In this document: positions 56,637 through 56,796 of the stretch, piece after piece
Position numbering within the stretch: position 1 is the first letter of the stretch
How the letters are laid out: each line of letters opens with the position of its first letter
IMG/VR virus record: IMGVR_UViG_3300022934_000023
Span: 1 to 56,796 of that record
DNA length: 56,796 nucleotides
Origin: a virus
Taxonomy: Duplodnaviria > Caudoviricetes
Strand: one strand, 5' to 3'
Translations under genes and position numbers: made by a program
Notes under the pieces: model-generated
Told to the model about the DNA's origin: nothing
Seen by the model: the letters and a program-made list of their open reading frames with translations, nothing else
Databases searched by the model: none

Positions 56637-56796
56637 ATGGACCGCATGGTAATCGAAGCCCTAAAACACAAGTACGAAGCCCAAAAGGCAAGTGTGCTAG
56701 AAACATTCAAAACCTCCGACATTATGGAGGACATCGACGACGCACTGAACACGTGGCACAAAGCAGACCGTCAGTTGATGACCATAAACCATATAG
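56637..56796 (+). CDS. Variant copy of 627-848 protein, cut by window end
   Basis: MDRMVIEALKHKYE... Confidence 0.7.
   Translation, partial: MDRMVIEALKHKYEAQKASVLETFKTSDIMEDIDDALNTWHKADRQLMTINHI

Larger units (their letters stand above)
56011..56796 (+). repeat. Imperfect terminal direct repeat, copy 2
   Basis: Colinear with 1-786. Confidence 0.95.

Noticed and set aside
56011-56796. True T7-style direct terminal repeat
   Set aside because: Real DTRs are identical; this one diverges after 127 bp and starts mid-gene

Overview
The window is essentially one complete genome (about 56.0 kb) of a marine podovirus-like dsDNA phage, probably related to the HMO-2011 / HTVC023P groups. That placement is my inference from the family A DNA polymerase with a DnaJ-type zinc finger, the class II RNR, MazG and the T7-like portal/adaptor/nozzle. 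No phage RNA polymerase is visible; several sigma70-type promoters are. Layout: tail fibres and tail (1-15.7 kb, +), internal virion proteins (15.7-25.7 kb, +), replication and nucleotide metabolism (25.7-36.7 kb, -), early genes (36.8-42.5 kb, +), non-coding region with divergent promoters (42.5-43.2 kb), packaging/head/lysis (43.2-56 kb, +). The two ends overlap by 786 bp but are identical only for the first 127 bp, which looks like an assembly overlap between strain variants. Most notable unexplained signals: (1) a candidate ~115-nt sRNA whose loop is complementary to a ribosome-binding motif shared by several early genes; (2) a strand-biased array of about 20 TGTCAG sites written over coding sequence; (3) a tyrosine-recombinase domain fused to an ejection-protein-like tail between terminase and portal; (4) structured RNA leaders before the scaffold and terS genes; (5) a split DNA polymerase; (6) an ArfA-like peptide. 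All functional calls come from motif recognition by eye; no searches were run.
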